Origin: Candidatus Limnocylindrales bacterium
Lineage (GTDB): Bacteria > Chloroflexota > Limnocylindria > Limnocylindrales > CSP1-4
DNA length: 64,000 nt
Reading direction: 5' to 3'
NCBI GenBank assembly: GCA_038230295.1
Contig: JBBRNM010000002.1
Span: 5,725-69,724, forward strand
Made by a program: the position numbers and the translations under genes. Each line of letters begins with the position of its first letter. Position 1 is the stretch's first letter. Positions 34,715 to 43,770 of this stretch are shown here, one piece after another. The notes below the pieces were generated by a model. It made no database searches and was not told where the DNA came from. It saw only the letters and a program-made list of their open reading frames with translations.

Positions 34715-36319
34715 CAGGGCCTCGCCGCCGACCAGCACGAGCCGCGGCCGGACCGTCACGAAGGCCGCGGCTCGATCGCCGGGCTCGCGAGGCGCGGCCG
34801 GCAGGACGATGAGGTCCCCCCGAGCCCCGGGCACGAGGCGTCCGCCGAGCGGATCCCGAGCCAGCAGCCCAGGGCCCACGGTCGCCGCCCGAAGCGCCTG
34901 CTCGAGGCTCAACGCCTCCCCCGCTCCGAAGGGCTCCGCCTCCTCGCCCCAAGACGGATCGCGCCGGAGCACGGCGAGCGCGATCCCCGGCCATGGATCC
35001 ACCGGTTCGACGGGCGCGTCGGTGCCGAACGCCACGACGGCCCCGGCATCGAGGAGCGATCGCCAGGCGTAGCCGGTCGTCTCGGCGCGGGCGCCCCAAT
35101 CGCGGCGTGCGTTGGGCGCGTCCTCGCGGAGGTGCACCGGCTGGACCGAGACGCCGATCCCGAGCGCCGCGAACCGGGCCCGATCCTCGGGGCGGCACAG
35201 CTGGACGTGCTCGAGGCGCGGCATGAACGGCACCTCCCCACCCGCCGGCGCGAGGGCGTCCAGCCCGGCTCGGACGGCCGCGTCACCGATGGCGTGGATC
35301 TGCGTCGCGATGCCGATCGCGGCCGCCTCGGTGGCGAGTTCGGCGAGCTCCTGGGGGCTCGTCAGCATGACCCCGCGGTCGTCCGTCCCTTCGCGAGGCT
35401 CGAGCAATGCCGCCGTCTGGGAACCGAGCGTCCCGTCGGCGAAGAGCTTGAGCCAGCCCAGGCGAGCGGTGCTCGCCGGGTTCGCCCCGAGCAGGGCCCC
35501 ACTTCGCAAACCTCGCTCACGTGCTCGAGCGAGACCCACCGCCCGAATCCCCGCGTGGACCCGGATCGGAAGGTCGCCGCGATCCGCGAGGCCGCCGATG
35601 ATGTCGAGGGCATGCAGCGACGGATCCTGGGCCAGCGTGCCCGGGTCGTGGATCCCGACGATGCCGTAGGTGAGGAGCTGCTCGGCGAGCTCCGCGCACG
35701 CCTCCTCGACGAGGGCGTCGCTCGGTGACGGGATCATCGCCGCCACGAGCTCGGAGGCGTTCTCGAGCAAGACCCCCTCGGCCTCGCCATCGCTCGTGCG
35801 TCGGATGATCCCGCCCAGTGGATCCGGGACGGTGGGGTCGATTCCCACCTCCCGCAGGGCGGCGCGGCTCGCCCAGATCGCGTGGTGGTCGACCGAGTGG
35901 AGCGCGACCCGGCGACCCTGGACGGGCCCCTCGAGGTCGTCCGCCGTTGGCCAGCGGCCCCAGCGTCGCTGGTCCCAGCCCGCGCCGAGGAGCCAGTCGT
36001 CCGGCCCGAGACGGCTCGCCGCGGTCGCGATGACCGCCAGCGCCTCGTCGAGCGAGGCGCATGCGGTCAGGTTGACCTCGCGGGCCGCCAGCGCCGTCTC
36101 GATCAGGTGCAGATGTGCGTCGGTCAGGCCGGGGATCGCGATCTCGTCGGGCTCCAGGGTGAACCGCTCGGTGTGCGGATCGGCCCGTGTCTCGAGGTCG
36201 ACCGCCGAGCCGGCGAACGCGATCCGGCCATCCTTGATCCCGACGGCCTCGACCCAGCCGAAGCCCGCCTCGCCGGCGAAGGTCGCAACGCGACCCGTGA
36301 CGAGGCAGTCGAGCGGCAC
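34703..36319 (-). CDS. Amidohydrolase family 3 (YtcJ-like) metal-dependent hydrolase
   Basis: Motifs are IKDGRIAFAG and IPGLTDAHLHL (HxH), with later HAIGD and FGTDAPV motifs. The start GTG 36319 lies 1 nt after the asparaginase stop. Confidence 0.8.
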   Translation of the reverse strand: MPLDCLVTGRVATFAGEAGFGWVEAVGIKDGRIAFAGSAVDLETRADPHTERFTLEPDEIAIPGLTDAHLHLIETALAAREVNLTACASLDEALAVIATAASRLGPDDWLLGAGWDQRRWGRWPTADDLEGPVQGRRVALHSVDHHAIWASRAALREVGIDPTVPDPLGGIIRRTSDGEAEGVLLENASELVAAMIPSPSDALVEEACAELAEQLLTYGIVGIHDPGTLAQDPSLHALDIIGGLADRGDLPIRVHAGIRAVGLARARERGLRSGALLGANPASTARLGWLKLFADGTLGSQTAALLEPREGTDDRGVMLTSPQELAELATEAAAIGIATQIHAIGDAAVRAGLDALAPAGGEVPFMPRLEHVQLCRPEDRARFAALGIGVSVQPVHLREDAPNARRDWGARAETTGYAWRSLLDAGAVVAFGTDAPVEPVDPWPGIALAVLRRDPSWGEEAEPFGAGEALSLEQALRAATVGPGLLARDPLGGRLVPGARGDLIVLPAAPREPGDRAAAFVTVRPRLVLVGGEALVER

Positions 36320-36320
36320 C

Positions 36321-37319
36321 TCAGGCCCCGGGAGCCGCTTCCGCGGGATCCGCGAGGAGCGCCCCGAGCGCCGGCCGATCCATCCCGGCGCCGAGCCCGA
36401 GGGCAAGCGCGATTCGCGTCTTCGGTCCACTCAGGTGCCCGGCGAAGATCGCGCCCTCTCGAAGCCACGTCGCGCCGCCGCCGCGGAAGGCATAGGCGGG
36501 GCTGACCGCGCCCGAGGCACAGCGCGTCGTGAGCGCGACGACGCTGCCCGCTGCCATCGCCCGGATCGCGGAATCGAGCAGGGCCGCCGAGGTGTTCCCG
36601 GCACCCGTCGCCTCGATGACGATGCCCGATGGTCGGTCGGCGGTCGCCGCATCGAGCAGCCGGCCGTCCATCGCCACGTGGGCCGTGATGAGGATCACGT
36701 CCTCCGCGGCTCGGTCGGCCTGAACCTGGCGTCGGGGTCCGCGTGGGCGCGCCATCACCGCCCGGCCGTCGCGGATCGTCCCGAGCGGCCCAGCGTCGAG
36801 GCTCTTGAACGTGTCGAGGTCACTGGCGTGGGTCTTGGTCACCGCGTCAGCGGCGTGGATCGAGCCCGCGAGGACCACGACGACCCCGGCGCCGACGAGC
36901 TCCGACGCGGCCGCGCACGTCACCGCGTCGAGGAGGTTCGCCGGCCCGTCGTAGCCAGGATCGGAGGCGCTGCGCATCGCGCCGGTGACGACGATCGGCT
37001 CCGGTCGATCGGCGAGGAGGTCCCAGAGGAACGCCGTCTCTTCCAGCACGTCGGTGCCCTGGACCACGACGACGCCGTCGATCGACGGATCCGCCTGTGC
37101 CTCCGTGATCCGGGTGGCGATCTCGAACAGGCCCGGAAACGAGAAGTGGCTGGCCGGCGTTCGACCGAGGTCGATCGGCACGATCTCGGCGACCCGGTCG
37201 AGGCCCGGCGTCCGGGCGAGGATCGCCGCGCCATCAAGGGCCGGCACGTTGCCGCCGGCCTGGGCGTCCGCGACCATGCTGATCGTGCCGCCGGTGAAGA
37301 TCACCGCGACGCGCTTCAT
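36321..37319 (-). CDS. L-asparaginase/glutaminase family protein
   Basis: Motifs are VAVIFTGGTISM (catalytic Thr motif), VVVQGTDVLEETA and VVTGAMR. The start overlaps the MFS stop. Confidence 0.9.
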   Translation of the reverse strand: MKRVAVIFTGGTISMVADAQAGGNVPALDGAAILARTPGLDRVAEIVPIDLGRTPASHFSFPGLFEIATRITEAQADPSIDGVVVVQGTDVLEETAFLWDLLADRPEPIVVTGAMRSASDPGYDGPANLLDAVTCAAASELVGAGVVVVLAGSIHAADAVTKTHASDLDTFKSLDAGPLGTIRDGRAVMARPRGPRRQVQADRAAEDVILITAHVAMDGRLLDAATADRPSGIVIEATGAGNTSAALLDSAIRAMAAGSVVALTTRCASGAVSPAYAFRGGGATWLREGAIFAGHLSGPKTRIALALGLGAGMDRPALGALLADPAEAAPGA

Positions 37320-38782
37320 CCCTCGACCTTCGGCGCCTCGGTGGCGGTGTCCTCCGCAGCGACGGCCTGCCGGTCGCGCGGCTGGAATGTCGAGCCGGTC
37401 GGGTCGACCGGGGTCCCGTGGATGACGTGGCCGGGCGCCTCGGGCGGGACGCCGGCGGGTATCGGACCTCGGGTCAGGACCGAGACGATCCCCGACGCCG
37501 TCACCGCGATCGCGATCGTGAGGATCACGGCGGTGGTACCGATCAGGTCCGAGATCGTGCCGACGATGATGATCGGCAGGATGCTCGCCACCGAGACGAG
37601 CATGTTCAGGACGCCGAACACGCGGCCTCGAACCTCCTCGGGGAGGTCCTCCTGGAGCTGCGTCTGGCTCGAGATCGCGACGATGCCGTAGGCGATGCCG
37701 GCGAGGAACGCCAGCGTGACCACGACGGACACGAGCGATGTCACGGCCGAGAGGTTGACGACCTTCACGTCGCCGCCGACGCCCTGGAGGAACCGGCTCA
37801 CCGGACCGGCCACCGTCAGAATCGCAAGGAGGATCCCCAACGCGATCATGCCGCCCTCGATCGCCCGCCGGCGGTGGATCATCTTGCCGTAGCTGTTCAG
37901 CAACAGGACGCCCATGACGATGCCGACGCCGAGCGGGAGGACCACGACGATCAGGTCCTTCGGGCTCAGGCCGAGCGTCTGCGACGCGAACTTCGGGCCT
38001 AGCACGCCGATCACCCCGACAAGCGAGGCGGCGATGCCGAGGTAGACGAGCGTCCAGCTGATGGCCGAGTGGTCGCGGATGTAGGTGATCCCCTCGCGCA
38101 GCTGGCCGATCGTGCCACCGACCGCCTGACCGGCCTCGGCGACGGCTCGGCGGCCTCCCGGCCGCTCTTGGGGCGCCGGCTTGTTCGAGGGCAGCGTCGC
38201 GCAGAACGCCGCCCCGATGCCATAGAGGACGGCGACCCCGAGGATGAGCGGCGCGGGTCCGCCGGCCACGGTCACGATCAGCGGTCCAAGGAAGGCATAC
38301 CCGAGCGCGAACGCGGCATTGAGTGTCAGCGTGAACAGGCCGTTGGCCGCGATCAGCTGAGACCGCGGCACCAGGAACGGGATCATCGCGGCCTCAGCCG
38401 GGGCGAAGAAGACGGTCACGGTCGCGAAGGCGATGTTCAGGAGCAGGACCGCGGGAATGTTGTGGCCGACGAGGAACATCGCGACGAGGATCGCGGCGCG
38501 CAGGCCATTCGTGACCACGAGCACGGCCCGACGATCCAGCCGGTCCACGTAGACGCCCGCGAGGGCCGACAGCAGGACCGAGGGGATCAGGAAGGTCAGG
38601 AACAGGCCGCTCACCGCCGTGCTGCTGTCCGTGACCTCGAGGACGAGGACCGTCAGCCCGTACAGCACCATGTTGGCGCCGATCTGGGTGGCCGCCTGGG
38701 CGAGCCACAGGAGCAGGAACGACCGGTTCTGGAGGACGGCCGCACTGCCGGACTCGGCGGCGGGGATCGCTTCGCCGGTCAC
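37316..38782 (-). CDS. MFS transporter (EntS/MFS_3-like)
   Basis: It has about 12 hydrophobic helices, starts FLLLWLAQAATQIGANM, and carries the loop motif YVDRLDRR. Confidence 0.88.
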   Translation of the reverse strand: MTGEAIPAAESGSAAVLQNRSFLLLWLAQAATQIGANMVLYGLTVLVLEVTDSSTAVSGLFLTFLIPSVLLSALAGVYVDRLDRRAVLVVTNGLRAAILVAMFLVGHNIPAVLLLNIAFATVTVFFAPAEAAMIPFLVPRSQLIAANGLFTLTLNAAFALGYAFLGPLIVTVAGGPAPLILGVAVLYGIGAAFCATLPSNKPAPQERPGGRRAVAEAGQAVGGTIGQLREGITYIRDHSAISWTLVYLGIAASLVGVIGVLGPKFASQTLGLSPKDLIVVVLPLGVGIVMGVLLLNSYGKMIHRRRAIEGGMIALGILLAILTVAGPVSRFLQGVGGDVKVVNLSAVTSLVSVVVTLAFLAGIAYGIVAISSQTQLQEDLPEEVRGRVFGVLNMLVSVASILPIIIVGTISDLIGTTAVILTIAIAVTASGIVSVLTRGPIPAGVPPEAPGHVIHGTPVDPTGSTFQPRDRQAVAAEDTATEAPKVEG

Positions 38783-39027
38783 CCCTCCGGCGCCGGAGCT
38801 CGTCGGATCGCCGCAGTGATCTCCGGGTCGCCGCGGTTCACGAACCCCTCGAGCCGCGCCTCGAGGCTCCGACGCTCGAGGAGGAGGTGCCGGTCACACG
38901 TGCGACAGCGGAGACCGATGTCGGCTCCGAGGCGGTCGACCAGCCACTCCCGACCGCCGCAGGGGTGCGCCTTCCGGAGTCGGACCACATCGCCGAGGTA
39001 CAGGTCCGTGACGGGCCGGGTCGTCAT
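38779..39027 (-). CDS. DUF951 family protein
   Basis: LGDVVRLRKAHPCGGREWLVDRLGADIGLRCRTCDRHLLLERRSLEARL matches the DUF951 (YyzM-like) pattern GD.V..KK.HPCG..W...R.GADI...C..C. An alternative TTG start at 39045 would overlap the upstream stop. Confidence 0.85.
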   Translation of the reverse strand: MTTRPVTDLYLGDVVRLRKAHPCGGREWLVDRLGADIGLRCRTCDRHLLLERRSLEARLEGFVNRGDPEITAAIRRAPAPEG

Positions 39028-39041
39028 GGCTGCGGAGCGTA

Positions 39042-39752
39042 TCAAAGGCGGGGCTGACCGTCGGCCGGAATCAGGGTCCGCGGGCTGGGTGGGATGGCGA
39101 CGGCCTCGAGCGGCGTCACGCTCAGGCGAGCATCGGGATAGGTCGCCCCGACCTGGGCGATGATGCCGCCCGCCCGGGTCAACGTCCCGACGAGGATCTC
39201 GGGGCTGCCGATCGCCCGGATCTCGAACAGGTCGCCGAGGGCGCTGTTCTCGATCGACAGGGCGCCGGGCGCGCCGGCGACAACGACACCCGGGACGACG
39301 CGGACGTCGGCCACCGCGATGGCCTCGGCGCCGGCATTGCGGAGCTCGTTGAGGACCTCCTCGACGCCATCGCCGCCGATCGGGCCTCGGACGCTGATCG
39401 AGATACCGGGGCCCGTCAGGCCGGTCACACCGGACCAGGCCTGGATCCGGGCGAGATCGGCCTCCAGCTGGTCGACGGTCGTCTGGCCGTTCGCTCGCGC
39501 CGATTGGAGGGCTGCCGCCTGCTGCTCGAGGCCGGCGATCTCCGTGCGCAGCTGCTCGTTGCGGGTGTTCAGGTTGGCGATGACGAGGGTCAGCTCCTGG
39601 GTCGAGAGACTCGACAGGCCGGGTACGGCGGCCTGGCCGCGGAGCTGGCCGATCACGAGGATCCCGAGAATGCCGGCCACGAGCGCGATCGTGAGCTGCT
39701 CGCGCCGGGTCCGCCCGAAGCCCCGCCCGGCGGTCGTCACGGCACTGGTCAC
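39042..39752 (-). CDS. DUF881 domain protein (YlxW/YlxX-like)
   Basis: An N-terminal TM segment and a coiled coil are present, with LTGPGISISVRG, VLNELRNAGAEAIAV and IRAIGSP. Confidence 0.85.
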   Translation of the reverse strand: MTSAVTTAGRGFGRTRREQLTIALVAGILGILVIGQLRGQAAVPGLSSLSTQELTLVIANLNTRNEQLRTEIAGLEQQAAALQSARANGQTTVDQLEADLARIQAWSGVTGLTGPGISISVRGPIGGDGVEEVLNELRNAGAEAIAVADVRVVPGVVVAGAPGALSIENSALGDLFEIRAIGSPEILVGTLTRAGGIIAQVGATYPDARLSVTPLEAVAIPPSPRTLIPADGQPRL

Positions 39753-40498
39753 GGCTGCGGGCTCGCGGAGGCCACGGGCTGACCGAATCGAATCGCCACG
39801 GTCCCGGCGAACGCCGGGACGTCGACCACGTCGAGCTGGGCGACGGCCAGGCCGAGACCGTGATGCTCCACCCGGTCGGTCACGAACTCCCGGAACGAGA
39901 CCGAGGCCTGAAGCCGCGGATAGAGGTCGCGCGGGCCGATCGCCGTGATCTTGTATGGCGGAGCCAGATAGGCCGAGTTCACGAGCACCGAGCCGCCGAT
40001 GTCCAGCACCGCCGTGGATACCGTGACGCGCTCGTCGTTGATGGAAACGGCCTCGGCGCCGCCGAGCCAGAGCTCCTGGACGAGCACGCGCAGGTCCTGG
40101 GCCGAGACGAGCGCGTCGGACCCGGCTCCAGGCTGGCTCGAGTCCTCGAGGCGGAAGACGATGCCCGGGCCGGTCAGGCCGATGAGCCCGGCCCCGATTC
40201 GGGCCTTCTCTAGGCGGTCGTAAAGGGTCTTGAGCGAGTCGGCAGATCCCGGCCCTTGCGATTCCAGCGCGCCGATCTGGTTACGGAGCTGGAGGATCCG
40301 GGCCTTGAGCGCCTCCTGTTGCGACTGGAGCGACTGGGCGCTCTCGACGAGGGGCGACCGCTCCTGGGTCGTGTAGCGGACGCGTGGACCCTCGGCCGAG
40401 AGCTGAGCGGCGATCAGGAAGCCGAGCACGAGGAGCGCCGCCGCGAGCGTGATCTGCCAGCTCGGGATCGCTCGGATGCGGGCGACCAGGGCACTCAT
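39749..40498 (-). CDS. DUF881 domain protein (paralog of the downstream gene)
   Basis: An N-terminal TM segment and a coiled coil are present, with LTGPGIVFRLED, LVQELWLGGAEAVSINDERV and PPYKITAIGP. Confidence 0.85.
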   Translation of the reverse strand: MSALVARIRAIPSWQITLAAALLVLGFLIAAQLSAEGPRVRYTTQERSPLVESAQSLQSQQEALKARILQLRNQIGALESQGPGSADSLKTLYDRLEKARIGAGLIGLTGPGIVFRLEDSSQPGAGSDALVSAQDLRVLVQELWLGGAEAVSINDERVTVSTAVLDIGGSVLVNSAYLAPPYKITAIGPRDLYPRLQASVSFREFVTDRVEHHGLGLAVAQLDVVDVPAFAGTVAIRFGQPVASASPQP

Positions 40499-40508
40499 GG
40501 CGATGCCT

Positions 40509-41870
40509 TCACGGGAGTCCCGCCCGGCGCCGCCGACGCCTCCCGAGGAACCAGAGCAGTCCGATTCCGAAGAAGGCGATCGCGATGACGACGATCCCCT
40601 CGATCAGGAGGTCCGCTACGGATGAATCGGCCGCCGCCGCTGGAGCAGGAGTGGTGCCGGGGACGGCGGTCGAGCCACCGGGCCAGCTCGGCGGAATGGG
40701 TCCCGCCGGTGCCTCCTCTGGGCCGGCGGGGCTGGGCTCGGGCGCCCCGATCGCCCCGAGCCAGCCGGCCTGGAAAGCGGCGACGTCGACGCCGAGCGCC
40801 GAGTGGAAGGCGTCGTCATCGGACACGCCCCCACCCCAGCTGTGGATCAGCGCGACGAGATCGGCCTGGCCGTACGTCCGAATCAGGTAATCGATGGCCG
40901 AGACGCTCTCCGCGTAGCCAAGGCTGAACCGATCCCCTGTGGTCGGGAATTGGCCATTGAGTGCGGTTAGCGGCATGATCGACCCGCTGCCAACGGCGGT
41001 CGAGACCATCACCCGATCACCCACGTCGTAGCCCTGCGAGAGGTACACCGCGAGGCCCTCGTTGAACCAGTGCGGCGGGGCGTGGTAGGGGTTATCGACC
41101 GCGGTCGCGAAGACCACGTGGGTCAGCTCGTGGGTGATCACGATCCCGACCGACGCGTCGTTGAGCGCAGTCGGCCCGATGTTCGCGAGGAGCGTCCGGA
41201 TGCGGGGAAACGCAACACCGCCAACATTCTCGCGCGCGGCCGGCCCCAGGACGTCGTAGAACGACGTCGTGTCTGGATAGATGAAGAAGTCGAGCGGCGA
41301 GGTCTCCGTGACGCCAAGGAGCCGGCTCGTGTCGGCGATGGCCCCGTCGCCGATCTGGAGGGCCCGCTGCCCGAAGGCGTCGTCGCCCCGGACCCAGTGG
41401 ACGCGCACGATCGTGCCGGTCAGGGTCTTCCAGACGAACCTGGTGTCCTCGTAGCGGGCGGTCGCGACCGGCCCCTCCTCCGCGGTGCCGTCGCTGAGTG
41501 TCACGCGGAAGTGGATCTGGACGACCGTGTTCGGGATGAGCTGGCCGGCCGGCGTCGCGAGGTGGTACGCCAGGCTCGTCGGGCCGGCGCCGGTCGCGGG
41601 AATCGGCACGTCGTCGGCCAACTCGCGCGTGTCGCCGCCGGTATGGACGAGCGCTTCGATCCGGTGGACCCCGGTCGGGAGCGTGACCGGTTCCGCGACG
41701 TCGATCCCGACCTGGAAGGCGGACTTGATGGTCGGCGTGCCAAAGGACACCTGGAGCAGACCCGGCGGCGCTCCGCCGATGGCCCGAACGACGGCCACGA
41801 ACGGGTTCGCGATCCCGACGAGTCCCACGGCTAGGACGATCGCCAGGATCCTCCGTGCGGGATGCGTCAT
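40509..41870 (-). CDS. Peptidase MA-like zinc metalloprotease with signal/TM N-terminus and C-terminal TM + poly-Arg tail
   Basis: Starts MTHPARRILAIVLAVGLVGIA. The HExxH motif is THELTHVV and the third ligand context is WFNEGLAVYL. The C-terminus is IEGIVVIAIAFFGIGLLWFLG-RRRRRRAGLP. The start ATG 41870 overlaps the SBP stop (ATGA). Confidence 0.7.
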   Translation of the reverse strand: MTHPARRILAIVLAVGLVGIANPFVAVVRAIGGAPPGLLQVSFGTPTIKSAFQVGIDVAEPVTLPTGVHRIEALVHTGGDTRELADDVPIPATGAGPTSLAYHLATPAGQLIPNTVVQIHFRVTLSDGTAEEGPVATARYEDTRFVWKTLTGTIVRVHWVRGDDAFGQRALQIGDGAIADTSRLLGVTETSPLDFFIYPDTTSFYDVLGPAARENVGGVAFPRIRTLLANIGPTALNDASVGIVITHELTHVVFATAVDNPYHAPPHWFNEGLAVYLSQGYDVGDRVMVSTAVGSGSIMPLTALNGQFPTTGDRFSLGYAESVSAIDYLIRTYGQADLVALIHSWGGGVSDDDAFHSALGVDVAAFQAGWLGAIGAPEPSPAGPEEAPAGPIPPSWPGGSTAVPGTTPAPAAAADSSVADLLIEGIVVIAIAFFGIGLLWFLGRRRRRRAGLP

Positions 41871-43462
41871 GGCGCCCAGGCCAGGCCCGCCATCCGCTGG
41901 ATCCCGAGGCCGTTCTCGCCGGCCCCGAGGAGCCCGGTTCGAGACAGCGCCCAGCCGTCGCCGTAGGCCAGCGGGACGGCCGACACGTCCGACTGCACGA
42001 TCGCGAGCGCTCGCTCGAAGGCCGCCTGGGCGACGCTCGGGTCGGTCGCCGCCAGGGCTTCGGTCACCGCCTGGTCGAATGGCATCGACGACCAGCCGCC
42101 ATAGTCGTCGGCGCTCTGGCTGCCGAGGAGCACGCCGAGAAAGTCGTTGGCGCCGGGATAGTCGGCGATCCAGCCGAGGGTCCACATGGCCGGCGGATCC
42201 TGGGAGAGGCGCTTGAAGTAGTCGCCGTAGTCCTCGATCCGGATCGTGATCCCGAGCTCGCGCTTGAGATCGGCCGCGATCCCCTCCGCGTACGGCCCCC
42301 CGCCCGCCCCGAACGCGATGTCCGGGAAGCCCGCACCGCCGGGATAACCCGCCTGGGCCAGCAGTGACCGGGCAAGCGCGGGGTCGTGGGCCGGCAGCCA
42401 GCTCTTGTCGCCGCCCCCGGGAACACCGGGTGGAACCATCGAGTGGGCCGGCAGCTCCCTCCCGGACGCGCCGAGGGTGACGATGCCGGTCCAGTCCACC
42501 GCCGCGCCGATGGCCCGCCGTACGAGGACGTTGTCGAACGGCGGGCGTCGGGTGTCGAAGCCGAGGTACGTCAGGGCCAGCGACGGCACGGTCCGGAGCT
42601 GCGCCCCGAGGTTGACGTCATAGGCGATCCACGACGCGTCGTTCGCGGCGATCTGGGTGTAGTCCAGGTCGCCGGCCTCGAATGCCGCGACCGGGCTCCG
42701 GCCGCCGATATCGGTGAGGAGGTGGACAGTCGCGATGGCCGCCATGCCGGCCCAGTAACGGTCATTGGCGGTGAGCGTGATCTCGGTGGCACTCGAGGCG
42801 GTCACGCGGTAGGCGCCGCTGGCGACATCGCAGACCCCCAGCGTGCGGCCACTCGTCGCACAGTCCTGCGGCGGCAGCACGGCGAACGTTGGCGACGCGA
42901 CGATCGACGGGAAGTCCGAGCCCGGCCGGTTCAGGTCGACAATCACGTCGGAGCCGGCGGCTCGAATCCCGACCTGCGCGGGGTCGGTCGCCGCGCCCGT
43001 GAGGTGATCGCGCGCGCCATGGACATCGAGGATGAGCGCGGAGAGGGGCGATGGCGCGGCCGGATCGATGATCCGCAGCCAGCTCCGGACGACGTCCGCG
43101 GCGGTGATCGGGCGGCCATCGGAGAAGGTGATTCCGGGCCGCAGGTGGAACGTGACCTGGCGGGCGTCGCCCGAGATGCTCCAGGAGGCGGCGATGGCCG
43201 GCCGCAGGTCGAGACTGGCGTCGAAGGTCGTCAGCGTCTCGAAGACCTGCGCCGCGACGGCCGCGCTCTCGATATCGCCCTGGGCGGCCGGATCGAGCGT
43301 CGTCGGGGCCGAGACGAAGATCTTGACGTCGGAGCGCTCGGCCGCGTGCACCGGGCCAACGGCCTGTGCCAGGGTCAGGCCCACCAGCGTGATACCGGTC
43401 ACGGCGGCCCCGAGAGCGCCGAGACGTCGGCCCGGCCTGAGAACGATCAGCGCCGCCACCAA
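41867..43462 (-). CDS. ABC transporter substrate-binding protein, family 5 (peptide/nickel type), orphan
   Basis: The signal-like region is RRLGALGAAVTGITLVGLTLAQAVGPVHA. The mature part reads SAPTTLDPAAQGDIESAAVAAQVFETLTTFD..ASWSISGDARQVTFHLRPGITFSDG. The start is uncertain (TTG 43462, GTG 43459 or further upstream). No permease or ATPase gene lies adjacent. Confidence 0.8.
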   Translation of the reverse strand: MVAALIVLRPGRRLGALGAAVTGITLVGLTLAQAVGPVHAAERSDVKIFVSAPTTLDPAAQGDIESAAVAAQVFETLTTFDASLDLRPAIAASWSISGDARQVTFHLRPGITFSDGRPITAADVVRSWLRIIDPAAPSPLSALILDVHGARDHLTGAATDPAQVGIRAAGSDVIVDLNRPGSDFPSIVASPTFAVLPPQDCATSGRTLGVCDVASGAYRVTASSATEITLTANDRYWAGMAAIATVHLLTDIGGRSPVAAFEAGDLDYTQIAANDASWIAYDVNLGAQLRTVPSLALTYLGFDTRRPPFDNVLVRRAIGAAVDWTGIVTLGASGRELPAHSMVPPGVPGGGDKSWLPAHDPALARSLLAQAGYPGGAGFPDIAFGAGGGPYAEGIAADLKRELGITIRIEDYGDYFKRLSQDPPAMWTLGWIADYPGANDFLGVLLGSQSADDYGGWSSMPFDQAVTEALAATDPSVAQAAFERALAIVQSDVSAVPLAYGDGWALSRTGLLGAGENGLGIQRMAGLAWAP

Positions 43463-43770
43463 TCCGGTGTCTGGACGGTCCGGCGACCCCGGGCGACGTC
43501 GATCTGGCGCACGATCGCGATCGGGAGCCGGGCGCGCGCGGACCAGACGTAGCCGTCGCCAGCGAAACCGAGGAGGAGGGCGGCCACGCAGGCCCACTGG
43601 CGCATGGCGCGAGTATGCGGGGAAACCGAAGTCTGAGAAGGAAGAAGGGCCTCACGTCGCCTCGCCGGGGGAACGATGTTCGGCGCGAGGCCCCGCATCT
43701 GCTAACGAGCCGAGATCCTTCTCGTTAGGCTCGCTCGGATGCCAAATGTTCAGGGGCGCGACGCCGCCCC

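Noticed and set aside
43598-43770. T-box leaders upstream of cysS, and likewise pheS (23972-24046) and tyrS (13820-13882)
   Set aside because: No GGGUGG.ACCGCG motif is present. The pheS and tyrS upstream regions are also too short.
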